Of a stretch of 64,000 bases of DNA, positions 17,875 through 28,358 are shown in pieces. The translations under genes were made by a program, and so were the position numbers. The notes beneath the pieces are model-generated. The model saw only the letters and a program-made list of their open reading frames with translations. It searched no databases and was not told the DNA's origin. Positions within the stretch are counted from its first letter, which is position 1. Each line of letters begins with the position of its first letter. This DNA is from Sedimentisphaerales bacterium (lineage in GTDB: Bacteria; Planctomycetota; Phycisphaerae; Sedimentisphaerales; Anaerobacaceae), in the NCBI GenBank assembly GCA_040772485.1, contig JAXGYC010000008.1:96001-160000 (forward strand). Direction: 5' to 3'.

Positions 17875-20868
17875 TCAGAACGGCTTGTGCACCGGGTCTT
17901 TCTGCCCGGCCAGCCAGAGAATCTCTTCCTCAGACAGCGCTCGATCGTAGACACGAACGTTGTCCATCTGTCCGTTCAACTCACGCTCGATCGAGCCATT
18001 GTTGTTCCAGGCGCCGACGGTGGCAGCGCCCAGAATCAGCGTCAGCGGCGCCGCGAAGGCTCGGGAATCCTCGAGTCTGCCGTTCAGGTAGATCGCCGCT
18101 TCGTTGTCGGAGACGGTCAACGCCAAATGGACCCATGCGTTGGCCGACGCCACGGTGTCGCCCTGCATATCGCCGCCGGCCAGACCGTTGATTCCGGCGT
18201 TGGCCTTGCCGCCGGCGAGTTTGCAGTGGATCCCGCCGGCCGACCAGCCATCGCTGTTGATGCCCCCGGCGAAGCTGACGGAAGCCAGACCGACATTCGA
18301 GTACATCCACATCGAGTAGGTTCCCTGATTGAAGGTGGCGTTGGCGCCGCCGAGCCTCGGGATGGCCATCGCGTCGTCGGTCCCATCGAGAACGAGCGTA
18401 CCGGCGCTGACATATGCCTCATCCAGCAGCGTACCATCATGGCCGTTGCCGGAACTGTCGGCCGGGCCGCTCTCGAACGTGTATTCCGCCAGCAGGCCCG
18501 CCGTCCCCGGATCCGACGGCGTCAGCATTTCCGGCGTTCTGGGGTACAGGCGGATATCATCGACGTAAACCACTCCGGCCGCACCGGCGCCCTCCACACC
18601 GACCGCCAGACTCGTAACGTTGCGCAGGTTCCCGCCGACGGCCGACAGATCGATGTTCCACACCTGCCACCGGCCTTTCGCGATGTCGGCCGCGGCGCCG
18701 TCGTAGACGACCTTCGTGCCGTTGATCTTTACGTACAACTGCCCGCCGTGGCCGGCCGCGCCATAGAAGTAGAGCGAGAGACTCTTGAGACCGTTGGCCG
18801 CCCAATCCTGCGCGTCGAACGTGTACTCGGCTTCCGACATGGTCAGACCCGCGTTGTCGTAGAACAGCGGCATGGACTGCCGGCCGCCATGGACGATTGT
18901 TTGTTCAGCGAACGGGGTATTGAGATGCCCGACCGTAGAGCCATTCTGAGGATCTTCGAAGCCATCGATCCACGTCTGGAAGATGGCCTTCCCGGCGTCG
19001 ATGTCGTCGGTATAGCTCTCGAAATCATCCACGACCGCATATGGCAGAGTAGAGAAAGCCCACACATCGCCTTCCCAGATGGAAACCACATCAGCCTCGT
19101 TCACTTCGTCAACGCGCCAGTAGTACGTCGCACCATATTCGATCCCCTCCGGCGACAAGCGGGCGACATCCACCGTGTCGACCAGTTCGAGCATCTCGGG
19201 ATCGACGCCAAGGTACACGTCGTGAGACGCGGCATCGCGCCCCGCCCGCCAGCTCAGAAGCGCGTCCGGGTCCACGTTCGTGGCGCCGTCGGCCGGCTCG
19301 GGCTGGCGAGCCTGGGCAGGGATATAGAAGAAGCGGACCTCGCTCAGGCCGAACTGCCCCATCATGCCCCAACCGCTGTTGACGTTCAGCCTGACATACT
19401 TGGCGGCCACCCCCGCCATGTCGATCGTGGTGTTGTGCGTGTAGCTGCCGGAAGCGGTCGCCTTGGCCAGCTCGAAATCGCCGAGCGACGTCCAGTCCAC
19501 GCCATCCTGCGAGTATTCGATCGTAACGCCTTTGAGACCGAACCCGAGAACCAGTTCGAACTGGACGTTGTAGTTCCAGACCCACAGTTCGTGAAGCTTG
19601 TAGACCCGGTCGAACTCAAACTGAATCCAGAGCGGCTCGGCTCCATCGGGGACCGCCAGCCACATGTCCGACGCCGCGATCGAGTGCTGATCGTTGGCGT
19701 TGAGGCCGGAACCGTCGACGGTCTTGCCCGGAACGGCGTCGCCATCGGAGACACCGCTGGTGGTGGCGACAACAGCGGTGACCGGATAGGCCTGCGGCTC
19801 CGTCGTGAAGCTCCAGACCTTCCCCCGGTAGACCGTGAAATCGGGCGCGCCGTTGACTTCGTCAATCCGCCAGTAGTAGGGTTGCGCGAACTCCAGCAAA
19901 CCAGCGGGATCGTACGTTGCTTCGGCCTGCCCCTGGCTGACCAGGACCCCCATCGGATTGGTGCGGCTGGCCGCATTGACGTCGTCAAAGCTGGCGCCGA
20001 AGTACACATCGTGCGTCACGGCGAAATCGCCCGGCGTCCAGATCAGAACGACCTCGCGCGGAATATCCGTCGCTTCATCCTCCGGCCTCGGGTTCATCGC
20101 GGCGCCCGGCCCGGTCTGCCAGCCCAGAAAGCCCAGCGTCATGATCCCCTGAATCTGCTGCTGGTTCAAAACCTCGTCGAAGATCAGCACTTCATCCAAC
20201 GTGGAGTCCGAGTACTCGGCCAGGCCACCGTTGAGCGAATTGTAGTTGCCGTTGATGGCAAAGCGACCGTTGCCGTCGCCGTGGTCAAACGCGCCCGAGG
20301 CACTGGTGGAATCGACGGCGACCGGTTCGCCGTTGCGGTAAAGAATTCCCGTGCCGCCGTCATAGGTTGCCGCCGCGTGAATCCATTCATCCAGAACGAA
20401 GGGAGCCGGATCGAAGATCTGAATGTCCCCGCCCGACACGGTGTTCACGATGATGCGAAGCTGGTCGTCGTTGTTGCCATAGGTCAGCGCATACGCTTCG
20501 CCTCCGGTCGATCCCCTCTGCATGGACAGGACCACCTGCCAATGCGACAAGATTTGTTGAGGCCTGCACCAGGCCATGAAGCTGATGTCCTGTTCCACCA
20601 GGAGGCCCGGTGGGGTGGGAGGACCGAAATCGACGTAGTCGCCCTCTCCAAGCCGCAGGGCTCCGCCGAACATGCCTTCCCCCTCCGCAAGCCATTTCGG
20701 CGTTCCCTTGAGGGTCCCGGTCAGACCGTTGCCGGACGAATCACCGGCCGAGTTGCCGGTGCCCTCGTCGAAAAGCCAGGCACCGACCACTCCGGCTCGC
20801 GCACCGGGACTGATACACACAGACAGAACGAAAACCAACGAGAGAATCGAGAATAGTGTTGTCTTCAT
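17875..20868 (-). CDS. Secreted LamG-like jellyroll/discoidin multi-domain protein
   Basis: WLFDEGTG...DSSGNG and W.H.AATYD LamG domains at both ends; two L.W.PG...HDVY.G...YYWR.DEVN Ig-like repeats; discoidin-like FDRVYKL...WNYN; VDDFESY domain. Confidence 0.85.
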   Translation of the reverse strand: MKTTLFSILSLVFVLSVCISPGARAGVVGAWLFDEGTGNSAGDSSGNGLTGTLKGTPKWLAEGEGMFGGALRLGEGDYVDFGPPTPPGLLVEQDISFMAWCRPQQILSHWQVVLSMQRGSTGGEAYALTYGNNDDQLRIIVNTVSGGDIQIFDPAPFVLDEWIHAAATYDGGTGILYRNGEPVAVDSTSASGAFDHGDGNGRFAINGNYNSLNGGLAEYSDSTLDEVLIFDEVLNQQQIQGIMTLGFLGWQTGPGAAMNPRPEDEATDIPREVVLIWTPGDFAVTHDVYFGASFDDVNAASRTNPMGVLVSQGQAEATYDPAGLLEFAQPYYWRIDEVNGAPDFTVYRGKVWSFTTEPQAYPVTAVVATTSGVSDGDAVPGKTVDGSGLNANDQHSIAASDMWLAVPDGAEPLWIQFEFDRVYKLHELWVWNYNVQFELVLGFGLKGVTIEYSQDGVDWTSLGDFELAKATASGSYTHNTTIDMAGVAAKYVRLNVNSGWGMMGQFGLSEVRFFYIPAQARQPEPADGATNVDPDALLSWRAGRDAASHDVYLGVDPEMLELVDTVDVARLSPEGIEYGATYYWRVDEVNEADVVSIWEGDVWAFSTLPYAVVDDFESYTDDIDAGKAIFQTWIDGFEDPQNGSTVGHLNTPFAEQTIVHGGRQSMPLFYDNAGLTMSEAEYTFDAQDWAANGLKSLSLYFYGAAGHGGQLYVKINGTKVVYDGAAADIAKGRWQVWNIDLSAVGGNLRNVTSLAVGVEGAGAAGVVYVDDIRLYPRTPEMLTPSDPGTAGLLAEYTFESGPADSSGNGHDGTLLDEAYVSAGTLVLDGTDDAMAIPRLGGANATFNQGTYSMWMYSNVGLASVSFAGGINSDGWSAGGIHCKLAGGKANAGINGLAGGDMQGDTVASANAWVHLALTVSDNEAAIYLNGRLEDSRAFAAPLTLILGAATVGAWNNNGSIERELNGQMDNVRVYDRALSEEEILWLAGQKDPVHKPF

Positions 20869-20996
20869 GGTCCAGACCTCCCAAAACAGCCTTTTCGTCA
20901 AGCCTCCACTACCATTGACCATTTCTCCTCTCACACACATAACTCTCCTCCACAATACGATACTCGTTTCTCTGACCCGGAGCACGTCTCCAGAAG

Positions 20997-21725
20997 TCAC
21001 ATCGCGTACGGAATGTCCTTCTTCGGCCAGGCCAGCCGGAATCCGGCGTCCAGGTCATCCAGACGCCGCAACAGCTCGACGTGGTCGTCGACAAAGACGA
21101 TGTTCGCGCCGCCTCGGTCGATGTCACTCGGCGCGTTGTGAAACGTCGCATAGTTGTCGATCTGCCTCTCGGCGTTGCCCACGGTGAAATGCGTGTCGTT
21201 GAAGGGCGCGATGCTGTACCCTTCGATGATCCAGGTGTTTTCTTCCGTGAACACGATCACCTGCGACGGCTGATAGACCTCGGTCTCTTTGGAGACTCCG
21301 GTCACACCGGCGCCCAGCCAACTCGACCAGATTTCACCGCCCCGGCCGACGTAGGAATTCATGACGTAACTGACCGCCGTGTCCGCGTAGTCCGTTCCTT
21401 TGGCCAGCATGTTGAACTTGGGACACATATGCACGTCCAGCGCCTTCAGATACGGCCACAGCACGCCCTCGGGTCTCTCCCCTTTTCGCACCCAATCATG
21501 TCCCTCAGACTTGAGCCAGGTCCAGGCGTCGGGAAATTTGTAGCTGTTGTCGTCCAGGTACATGCGCAGCGCGATGCCGTACTGCTTCAGATTGGCCCGA
21601 CATCGCAAGGTGCGGGCCTGATCCCTCGCCTTGCTCAGGGCCGGCATGAGAATAGCCATCAGCAGAGCGATGATGGCGATCACGACCAGCAGTTCGATCA
21701 GCGTAAAGCCTCTTCTCGTCCGCAT
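20997..21725 (-). CDS. Prepilin-type N-terminal cleavage/methylation protein (H-X9-DG-like)
   Basis: [49 protein letters not shown]. True start placed at 21725. Confidence 0.9.
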   Translation of the reverse strand: MRTRRGFTLIELLVVIAIIALLMAILMPALSKARDQARTLRCRANLKQYGIALRMYLDDNSYKFPDAWTWLKSEGHDWVRKGERPEGVLWPYLKALDVHMCPKFNMLAKGTDYADTAVSYVMNSYVGRGGEIWSSWLGAGVTGVSKETEVYQPSQVIVFTEENTWIIEGYSIAPFNDTHFTVGNAERQIDNYATFHNAPSDIDRGGANIVFVDDHVELLRRLDDLDAGFRLAWPKKDIPYAM

Positions 21726-21795
21726 TCGAATACCCCTTTCCGGTCCTGCCTCTTCCGGTTCCGCAAGGCTCCGTAGACAATTCATCATGCTGTTT

Positions 21796-22038
21796 CGGCA
21801 CGCCCAGCTCGACAATGGCCCGCACTTCCGGCGGCTCGCACATGAGAATGCCGTCCGGCTTGAGCTTCTTGAGGACCGCCAGGAGGCGGTGTTCCGCCGT
21901 GCGGTCACGGTGTTCCAGAGGCCGGTAGAACGTCCAGAAACCCTGAAGCCGCGCGTACTCGGCAATCCCGCCGAGAATCCCGCGCGTGAACTGGCGGGAA
22001 GGATCGATCAGCAATGCGATTTTCGTACTCTCCGGCAT
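21796..22038 (-). pseudogene. Truncated XylR-type (PBP + AraC) regulator, N-terminal ~81 codons only
   Basis: [37 protein letters not shown]...PDGILM...VELGVP resembles XylR N-termini. Similarity ends abruptly and no AraC HTH follows. Confidence 0.7.
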
Positions 22039-22064
22039 CCGGTCGGCCCCCTGTTCCTCGTATG

Positions 22065-23588
22065 TCACGATTCGCCTTGTTCCTCTACCCGGCAGACGTC
22101 CTTGAGGGCGGGATGAAGTTGTCTATAGGATCCATACCGGCTGTCATATTGCCGGCTGCGCTCAAGATTGGGCTCCACGACCGTGTCGAAATCTACGGCG
22201 GCGCGGACCGCCTCCGCGATATCCGGATAGTGCCCGACGGCGACCGCCGCGAGAATGGCGGCCCCCAGACAGGCGGCCTCCGTCACGCGCGGAACGCGAA
22301 GCCGCATCCGGCAGATGTCCGCCTTCAACCGGAGCCACATCCTGCTGCGCGCTCCGCCGCCGACCGCGTGCAATTCCCCAAGTTCGACACCCGCCTCGCG
22401 CAGGAAGTCGAGATTGCTTCGCAACTCGAACGTCAGCCCCTCCAGAATTGCCTTGGCGATTTCGGCCTGCGTCGTGGAAAACGTCAATCCCACGATGGCG
22501 CCCCTGGAGCGCGTGTCCGGCGAAGGTGTCCCCGCCCCGGCGAAATGGGGCTGCACCAGTAGATCGGTTGGACCGTCCGGCGCACCGGCCAGGAGCAGAT
22601 CGTAGGCATCCTGCCCGGTCTGTGCCGCCCGCGCGATGCAATCCTGACAGAGCGTGTCGCGGAACCAGCGCAGGACGAGGCCCCCGCTGTGGTTCAGCGT
22701 CATGGCCAGGTACAAGCCCGGCGCCACGTGTCGATAAACCGAAATGCTGCCTTCGCGCAGCTTCGGGTCCACTACCGGCGAGCCCATCGCCACCTCGACC
22801 ACCTCGGCCGTCCCGGTCGAGACCATCGCCAATCCGGGCCGGATCACGCCGCTGCCCAACGCGGCACAGGCCTGGTCATGCCCGCCGATGGCCACGAGCA
22901 TCGACTTTGGCAAACCGATCTCGCGAGCGACGGTCCCGTCGAGCGTTCCGGCGACCGCTTCACTCGCAGGCAGAAGCTCTGCAAGTCGGCGCGGATCGAT
23001 CTGACAACGATCGAGGATGTCCGTCGCCCAGGCGGAAGTCCCCAAGTCGTACATCTGGGTCCGCGACGCCAGGCAGTGGCTGATGATGGCGCGACCGGTC
23101 AGGCGACGAAGAAAGTAGTCTTCGTAGAGCAGAAATCGCGCGGCACGGCGCCAGAGCGGCGACTCGCTTCGTCGAAGCCACAGGAGTTTGGTGACGGTGT
23201 TCATCGTGTGCACGGGCATGCCGGTGCGGCGGAAAAGCGTCTCAGGGCCGAACGTCTCGACGAGCCAGTCGTTCTCGGCCGTGGTCCGTGTGTCCATGCC
23301 CAGGATCGCATGCCGAATGGGACGGCCCATCTCGTCGACAGGGATGATCGCCTCTCCCTGGACGGACAGGGCGAGGGCCTGGGGCGGGTCCGCCTTGCTC
23401 TGACCGACCGCCTGCGTCAGCGTCTCCATCGCCAGTTGCCAGACGCGTTCCGCATCCTGCTCGGCCCAATGCGGACGGGGCGTGAGCACCGAATACTCGC
23501 GGGAGGCACTCGCGACCAGACGCCAGTCGTCGCTGAACACGGCGGCCTTGCAACCTGTTGTTCCGATGTCCAACCCCATAACCGACAT
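22065..23588 (-). CDS. FGGY-family carbohydrate kinase (xylulokinase-like)
   Basis: [58 protein letters not shown]. Confidence 0.92.
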   Translation of the reverse strand: MSVMGLDIGTTGCKAAVFSDDWRLVASASREYSVLTPRPHWAEQDAERVWQLAMETLTQAVGQSKADPPQALALSVQGEAIIPVDEMGRPIRHAILGMDTRTTAENDWLVETFGPETLFRRTGMPVHTMNTVTKLLWLRRSESPLWRRAARFLLYEDYFLRRLTGRAIISHCLASRTQMYDLGTSAWATDILDRCQIDPRRLAELLPASEAVAGTLDGTVAREIGLPKSMLVAIGGHDQACAALGSGVIRPGLAMVSTGTAEVVEVAMGSPVVDPKLREGSISVYRHVAPGLYLAMTLNHSGGLVLRWFRDTLCQDCIARAAQTGQDAYDLLLAGAPDGPTDLLVQPHFAGAGTPSPDTRSRGAIVGLTFSTTQAEIAKAILEGLTFELRSNLDFLREAGVELGELHAVGGGARSRMWLRLKADICRMRLRVPRVTEAACLGAAILAAVAVGHYPDIAEAVRAAVDFDTVVEPNLERSRQYDSRYGSYRQLHPALKDVCRVEEQGES

Positions 23589-23620
23589 AGGCACCTCGCA
23601 TCACAGAGTGCGGCGCAGCA

Positions 23621-24970
23621 TCAGTCCAGTTGGATGGCGTCAAGCAACTCCAGCAGCTCGCGGTCGTCGATCTGTCCGGCCATCCACCGGTCCTGGAGCC
23701 GCCGAAGAAGAAGCACAGTGGACGACTCGTAAAGCTCCACATCGTCGTACCGTATTGGGACATCTTGCCCGACCCGCCGGACCAGCCTGGCGCCTTTTGC
23801 CAGGCCGATGGGCAGAAGGTTGTCGGCCTTGGCGGCCGCATGTTCGTCGATCAGGCTGTAGAACGAACAGCCACCGATGCCATCCAGGAGATCGCCGGGC
23901 TTAAGATCCTGCTTGGCTACGGCAAAGACTTCTGATACCAACCGATTCAAAGGGAACATGTTGGACTTCTTGCGGATCGCCAGCATGGCACAGGTCAAAG
24001 GCACCTCGATGCTACAGAGATGGTACGGGCGAAACAGCGTGTAGTACGGACCGTTGCCCATATCGCGATAGACCAGTGCCTGACGCAAACGCGGATGGTC
24101 CGTCGTCACGACGAGAAAGACGCCTGGATGCACGCCTCCGATGCCATAGTCGACCACTCCGGCGCGATTGAGCACGCCGCCATGTTCTTTCAGAGCGAAC
24201 GTCTCGTGCAGCTTGTCGCGGCTGGTTCGCGGACCGCGCATGCCGCGAACGTCGGGCACCAGGCCGGTGGCGTTGGAGACGGCCGCCATCTCGATCATCG
24301 TCTTGCTGCCGTCCACGAACTCGATCAGCATGTTGGGATTGAGGCCTCGCCGCGCCGCTTCCCTGGCCCATGCCTCATCCGTTGGCCTGGCGTGACGATC
24401 CAGCGGATTGTTCTTGCCCTTGCCCGCCGCGACGATGGTGAAGCCCAGGGCGTCGGCAAAATCGTACAACTCCTTGCACGCCGCCGGCTCGTCGCCCGCT
24501 GCCAGTGCGTAGAGCGCCCCCTTTTGCGCCGCGTACCAGCTCAGCAGAGGTCCGACGGTGATGTCCGTCTCGACGTTCATCATGGCCAACTGCTGGCCGT
24601 TCCGAGCCGCCAGCATCGCCGCCCGCGCCCCCACTTCAGGCACTCCCGTTGCTTCGAGCATCACCTCGACCCGCTTCATCGCGGTGACCACGCGAAAATC
24701 GCGCGTGCACACCCGCTTGCCGGTCGCCACAGCGGCATCCGCCTCGACCGCCGAATCCGTCTCGACCACCTCGCCTTTGAGACCGGCGATGCCGAATGCC
24801 TCTCGCGCTCGCGTCAGGTTCACGTCCGCGATCACGGGGATGTCGATTCCCTTCATCATCGTCACCTGGGCGACGACGTCGACGCCCATCTGGCCGGCCC
24901 CGATCAGGCCGATCCGCACGGGATTGTTCTGTTCGTGTCGTTCCTGAAGTTCAGCATTCAGACCGATCAT
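23621..24970 (-). CDS. NAD(P)-dependent oxidoreductase, homoserine-dehydrogenase-like with C-terminal SAF domain (COG4091-like)
   Basis: IGLIGAGQMG Rossmann motif, NVETDITVGP, GDEPA, AGKGK, DGSKTMIEM; SAF-like AVAKQDLKPGDLLDGIGG...LPIGLA. Confidence 0.85.
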   Translation of the reverse strand: MIGLNAELQERHEQNNPVRIGLIGAGQMGVDVVAQVTMMKGIDIPVIADVNLTRAREAFGIAGLKGEVVETDSAVEADAAVATGKRVCTRDFRVVTAMKRVEVMLEATGVPEVGARAAMLAARNGQQLAMMNVETDITVGPLLSWYAAQKGALYALAAGDEPAACKELYDFADALGFTIVAAGKGKNNPLDRHARPTDEAWAREAARRGLNPNMLIEFVDGSKTMIEMAAVSNATGLVPDVRGMRGPRTSRDKLHETFALKEHGGVLNRAGVVDYGIGGVHPGVFLVVTTDHPRLRQALVYRDMGNGPYYTLFRPYHLCSIEVPLTCAMLAIRKKSNMFPLNRLVSEVFAVAKQDLKPGDLLDGIGGCSFYSLIDEHAAAKADNLLPIGLAKGARLVRRVGQDVPIRYDDVELYESSTVLLLRRLQDRWMAGQIDDRELLELLDAIQLD

Positions 24971-24973
24971 GGT

Positions 24974-26023
24974 TCATTCTTTCTCGAAGGAGATGAGCAC
25001 CTTCAACGCATCGCCCGCCGCCGCCATGCGATAGGCGCCGTCGATTCCGCCGAGCGGAAACTGATGCGTGATGATCTTGTCGGCGGGCAGCGTTCCGTCG
25101 GCCAGCAGGTCGAGCGCCCGGCGATGAACGCGCGGATGGTAGGAGAAGGTCCCGAGGACTTCGATTTCTCCGTAGTGAATCTTGTTGCCGTCCAGCGTGG
25201 TCATCGGACTGGCCTTGGGCAGGCCGCCGAAGAGCAGGACTTTGCCGCCCTTGCGCACCATGTCCACGCCCTGCCGCTGCGTCTCGGCTACCGGATTGGC
25301 GCAGATCACGATGTCGGCTCCGAGTCCTTTCGTGAATTCCCTCACGCGGGCGACCACATCCTGTGACATCGGATCGAGAATCAGATCCGGGTCGAATCGC
25401 GCGGCGAGTTCCCGACGCCTCTCGCTGCACTCGGTGACGATGGTCTTAGCGCCGTGCATCTTGGCCACCGCCACGTGCAGGCAACCGATCGGCCCGGCTC
25501 CCAGGATGACGACGGTGTCTCCCCGGCCGGTTCCGGCCCTCTCATGCGTCGCCAGCACGGAGCAGCACGGTTCCGACAAGGCCGCGTGTGCAAAGCCCAG
25601 TCCTTCGGGCATGAGGTTGACGACGCCGTTCTCCAGGATCTCGGGCGTCAGCGCCATCCGCTCGGCGAAGCCGCCTGGAAAGCCCGGCGTAATGCCCAGG
25701 AATTGCAGGTGGTCGCACAGATTGTATCGCTCGCTCCGGCAGTAATAGCACGTGCCGCAGTGCACATCCGGCGCGATCGCCAAGCGATCGCCTACCTTGA
25801 AGCGGGTGCATCGCGCATCGACCGCAATGGCCACGCCGGACGCTTCGTGCCCCGGAGTCACCCCGCCCGAGCCCGCCGGCGGCCCTTCCTTCCAGCGACG
25901 CAGTTCCGAGCCGCAAATCCCGCATGCCTTGACCGCAAGAACCAGGCCACCTTCCGGGACATCCGGTTCCGGGACATTCCGTATCTCGATCCTCTGTGGT
26001 CCCGTCAGTAACGCCACCTTCAT
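24974..26023 (-). CDS. Zn-dependent medium-chain alcohol/polyol dehydrogenase
   Basis: CGICGSE, GHEASG, CGTCYYC...NLC, EP, GAGPIG. Confidence 0.92.
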   Translation of the reverse strand: MKVALLTGPQRIEIRNVPEPDVPEGGLVLAVKACGICGSELRRWKEGPPAGSGGVTPGHEASGVAIAVDARCTRFKVGDRLAIAPDVHCGTCYYCRSERYNLCDHLQFLGITPGFPGGFAERMALTPEILENGVVNLMPEGLGFAHAALSEPCCSVLATHERAGTGRGDTVVILGAGPIGCLHVAVAKMHGAKTIVTECSERRRELAARFDPDLILDPMSQDVVARVREFTKGLGADIVICANPVAETQRQGVDMVRKGGKVLLFGGLPKASPMTTLDGNKIHYGEIEVLGTFSYHPRVHRRALDLLADGTLPADKIITHQFPLGGIDGAYRMAAAGDALKVLISFEKE

Positions 26024-26062
26024 AGGCCATCCTCGATTGCGCGCCCGTGCGCAGGTCACACG

Positions 26063-26683
26063 TTAGTGTCCACGTTTCTCCGCTTCGATCTTCGCGCCGA
26101 CGGCGCCGCCCGGGTGGGTGTGGCCGAACTGCTCCTTGGTATAGCCCCGCAATTCGAGCAGCAGCACACAGAGTACGTCGCAAGCGGCGCCGTTCATCAG
26201 CGAACTGCCCGTTGCGATCATGCCATAAGGGTCAGTGCTCTGCGGCGCCGTCACATGGACGACGGCGTCGCTGAGCCTGCCCAAGGGCGAATCCGGCTTC
26301 TCGGTATGGGCAATCACCCTGGCTCCGCGATCCTTGGCGATTTGAGCGAACGTGTTGATTTCGGCGCTCTGTCCGCCCTTGGAAATGATGTACACGATGT
26401 CCTTGCCGCTGATCGCGCCGGCGCCGCCGTGGATGGAATTAGCGGCGCTGATGAACAGCGCCGGCGTTCCGCAACAGGCCAGCAGGTGGGCAAACCGCTG
26501 GGCCATCGCACAGCTCGTGCCCGCGCCGGCCGTCAGGATGTGCCCTTCGCATTCGAGCATCATTCGAGCGACGGTCACGAAGTCGGCATTCAACTGACCC
26601 TCCAGTGCAGCAACGGCTCCGGCCTCCGTCGCGACAACCGCTCTTGCCCTGGCAAGCATCTGGTCAAGTTCTGGTTTTGTCAT
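26063..26683 (-). CDS. SIS-domain sugar-phosphate isomerase (KdsD/GutQ-like, no CBS domains)
   Basis: GAGTS, GTPALF, HGGAG, SKGGQSAEI, HPGG. Confidence 0.85.
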   Translation of the reverse strand: MTKPELDQMLARARAVVATEAGAVAALEGQLNADFVTVARMMLECEGHILTAGAGTSCAMAQRFAHLLACCGTPALFISAANSIHGGAGAISGKDIVYIISKGGQSAEINTFAQIAKDRGARVIAHTEKPDSPLGRLSDAVVHVTAPQSTDPYGMIATGSSLMNGAACDVLCVLLLELRGYTKEQFGHTHPGGAVGAKIEAEKRGH

Positions 26684-26703
26684 ATCTGCATTCTCACGAA
26701 GGG

Positions 26704-28335
26704 CTATTGTCTCTCGAGGATCAGGACGAAGTCCTGGTCGGCCGGACTGGTTGCTTCCAGCCTGTTCTGACCGTAGACGATCTCAGCCGTGCTGTATTCG
26801 TTCTGGACTGGGTCGAACCATCGCCCGCGGTAGCGCCGGTTCAATGGGTTGCTCAGCTTGATCGTCTGCTGGACCGGCAGATACGCGATGACGCTATCGT
26901 GGCTGTCCGTCCTGGCCACCGAGACGAAATGGTTGTAGGTCTGGTCCCCAGGCTGTTCGAGGAGCAGTTCGGGACACGGGCGATAGCGCCACCAGGGCAG
27001 CGTCTGAATCATCCGGGCCAGATAGCCGATCTGAACGCTCCCCGGCAGCCTGATCGATTCGAACCAGGGCGTGACATCCGAGCCGCTTCCATGATTGAGG
27101 ATACTCTCGCCCGGGCGAATCCACGGCCAGATCCCGTTGGCGCCGTAGGTGATCCCGGCGATCGGTGTCGCCAGAAGGCTCCGGTACGAGGCGTTGCGGA
27201 CGTCGCGGGCGCTGATGCGACGGCCGATCTCCTCGTAATTCGGCTCCAGATTGATGATCGGCCGCGCCGGCAGCTTGTCCCAGTCATTGGCCATCGGGCC
27301 TTTGTTGATCCAGTCGACGGTTCCTTTGGCGTTGCTATGGCTCGACTGGTATCCGACGATGTCGAGCCAGTGCTCGTCGGCGTATTGACGGCCGATCCAC
27401 GAATGGCCCTGCGGATGTTGGGCCACCAGGCCGGGATGCTCATCGCCGAAGACGCCCTTTCCGATGTTCTTCCAACGTTGTTCGTACTCGCCGACATAGC
27501 GTCCGTCTCCGCCAAGAATCCAGACCACATGGTGGCCGCCGTACCGCGCGACTGTGTAGCGGGCCAGGAGGATCGCCTCATTCTCCGGCAGGTAGTAGCC
27601 GGGACTCAGCTCCCGACCGGCGGCCACCGGAAGCGCCCACAGCAGCACCGGCACCGCGATCAAGCCATGCTCGTTGACCTGATCGACCTTGTGATCGAGC
27701 CGCTGAAAGAAGGATGGATTGATGCGGATGCGTCCCGATCCGGTGAACGCCACCTCGCCGGCGCTGTCGACGTCGCAGCCCCGCCACTGCGTGGTCACGA
27801 ACTGAATGGCGGTGTAGCCGTTGGCAACGCGGTCCTGCAGGTAGGTGGTCCACTCCTTTTCCGTCGACTTCAGCGCGCCGTTCCAGGCGGTGCAGGCGCA
27901 CCAGAAGAAAGGCGTTCCATCGCTGTACGCCAGGTGATAAGCTCCTTTCGGGCGGACCAAGCTGCCCCTGGCATAGATAGGCAGCGTGCTATCCTGCGGG
28001 GCACACTCGAAGGAGCCTTTGACTTCGTGCAGCCCCCCATTGGCCTTGTCCGAGCACTGCGAGACGAACGTCCAGGTCCCCACCTCATCGGGGCAGAATC
28101 GGACGCGCCAGTCGCGGCCCCCATCCCAGAAACCGTTGACTCTCTTTGCCCGGCCGGTTGGCGAAGTGAATTCCACGACGAACTGCGCCACGTCGTACAG
28201 CGGATTGTCGTACGATTTGTCGCTGGCGAACTGCTTCTCATATCTGCCCCACTGCCCGACCGCATCGGCCGCGCTGCAAACAACAGAACACCCTAACAAC
28301 GCCGGAATCAAGGCCAGGGTCTTTGCTTTCATCAT
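26704..28335 (-). CDS. DUF5060 + DUF4038 apiosidase-like (GH140-like) secreted glycoside hydrolase
   Basis: GFWDGGRDWRVRFCPDEVGTW, DGTPFFW...TAW, VWILGGD, YQSSH, PIINLEPNYE, GITYGANGIW, WFDP. The 907-aa ORF in the track is over-extended into the permease gene. Confidence 0.8.
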   Translation of the reverse strand: MMKAKTLALIPALLGCSVVCSAADAVGQWGRYEKQFASDKSYDNPLYDVAQFVVEFTSPTGRAKRVNGFWDGGRDWRVRFCPDEVGTWTFVSQCSDKANGGLHEVKGSFECAPQDSTLPIYARGSLVRPKGAYHLAYSDGTPFFWCACTAWNGALKSTEKEWTTYLQDRVANGYTAIQFVTTQWRGCDVDSAGEVAFTGSGRIRINPSFFQRLDHKVDQVNEHGLIAVPVLLWALPVAAGRELSPGYYLPENEAILLARYTVARYGGHHVVWILGGDGRYVGEYEQRWKNIGKGVFGDEHPGLVAQHPQGHSWIGRQYADEHWLDIVGYQSSHSNAKGTVDWINKGPMANDWDKLPARPIINLEPNYEEIGRRISARDVRNASYRSLLATPIAGITYGANGIWPWIRPGESILNHGSGSDVTPWFESIRLPGSVQIGYLARMIQTLPWWRYRPCPELLLEQPGDQTYNHFVSVARTDSHDSVIAYLPVQQTIKLSNPLNRRYRGRWFDPVQNEYSTAEIVYGQNRLEATSPADQDFVLILERQ

Positions 28336-28358
28336 TGCTTTCTTCTCCATGGTAGAGT

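Noticed and set aside
17851..20856. 1001-aa plus-strand ORF (and similar long ORFs at 35884-37593, 55509-57410, 11613-13196, 42223-43830)
   Set aside because: These are antisense shadows of well-supported genes in GC-rich DNA, with no recognisable motifs.
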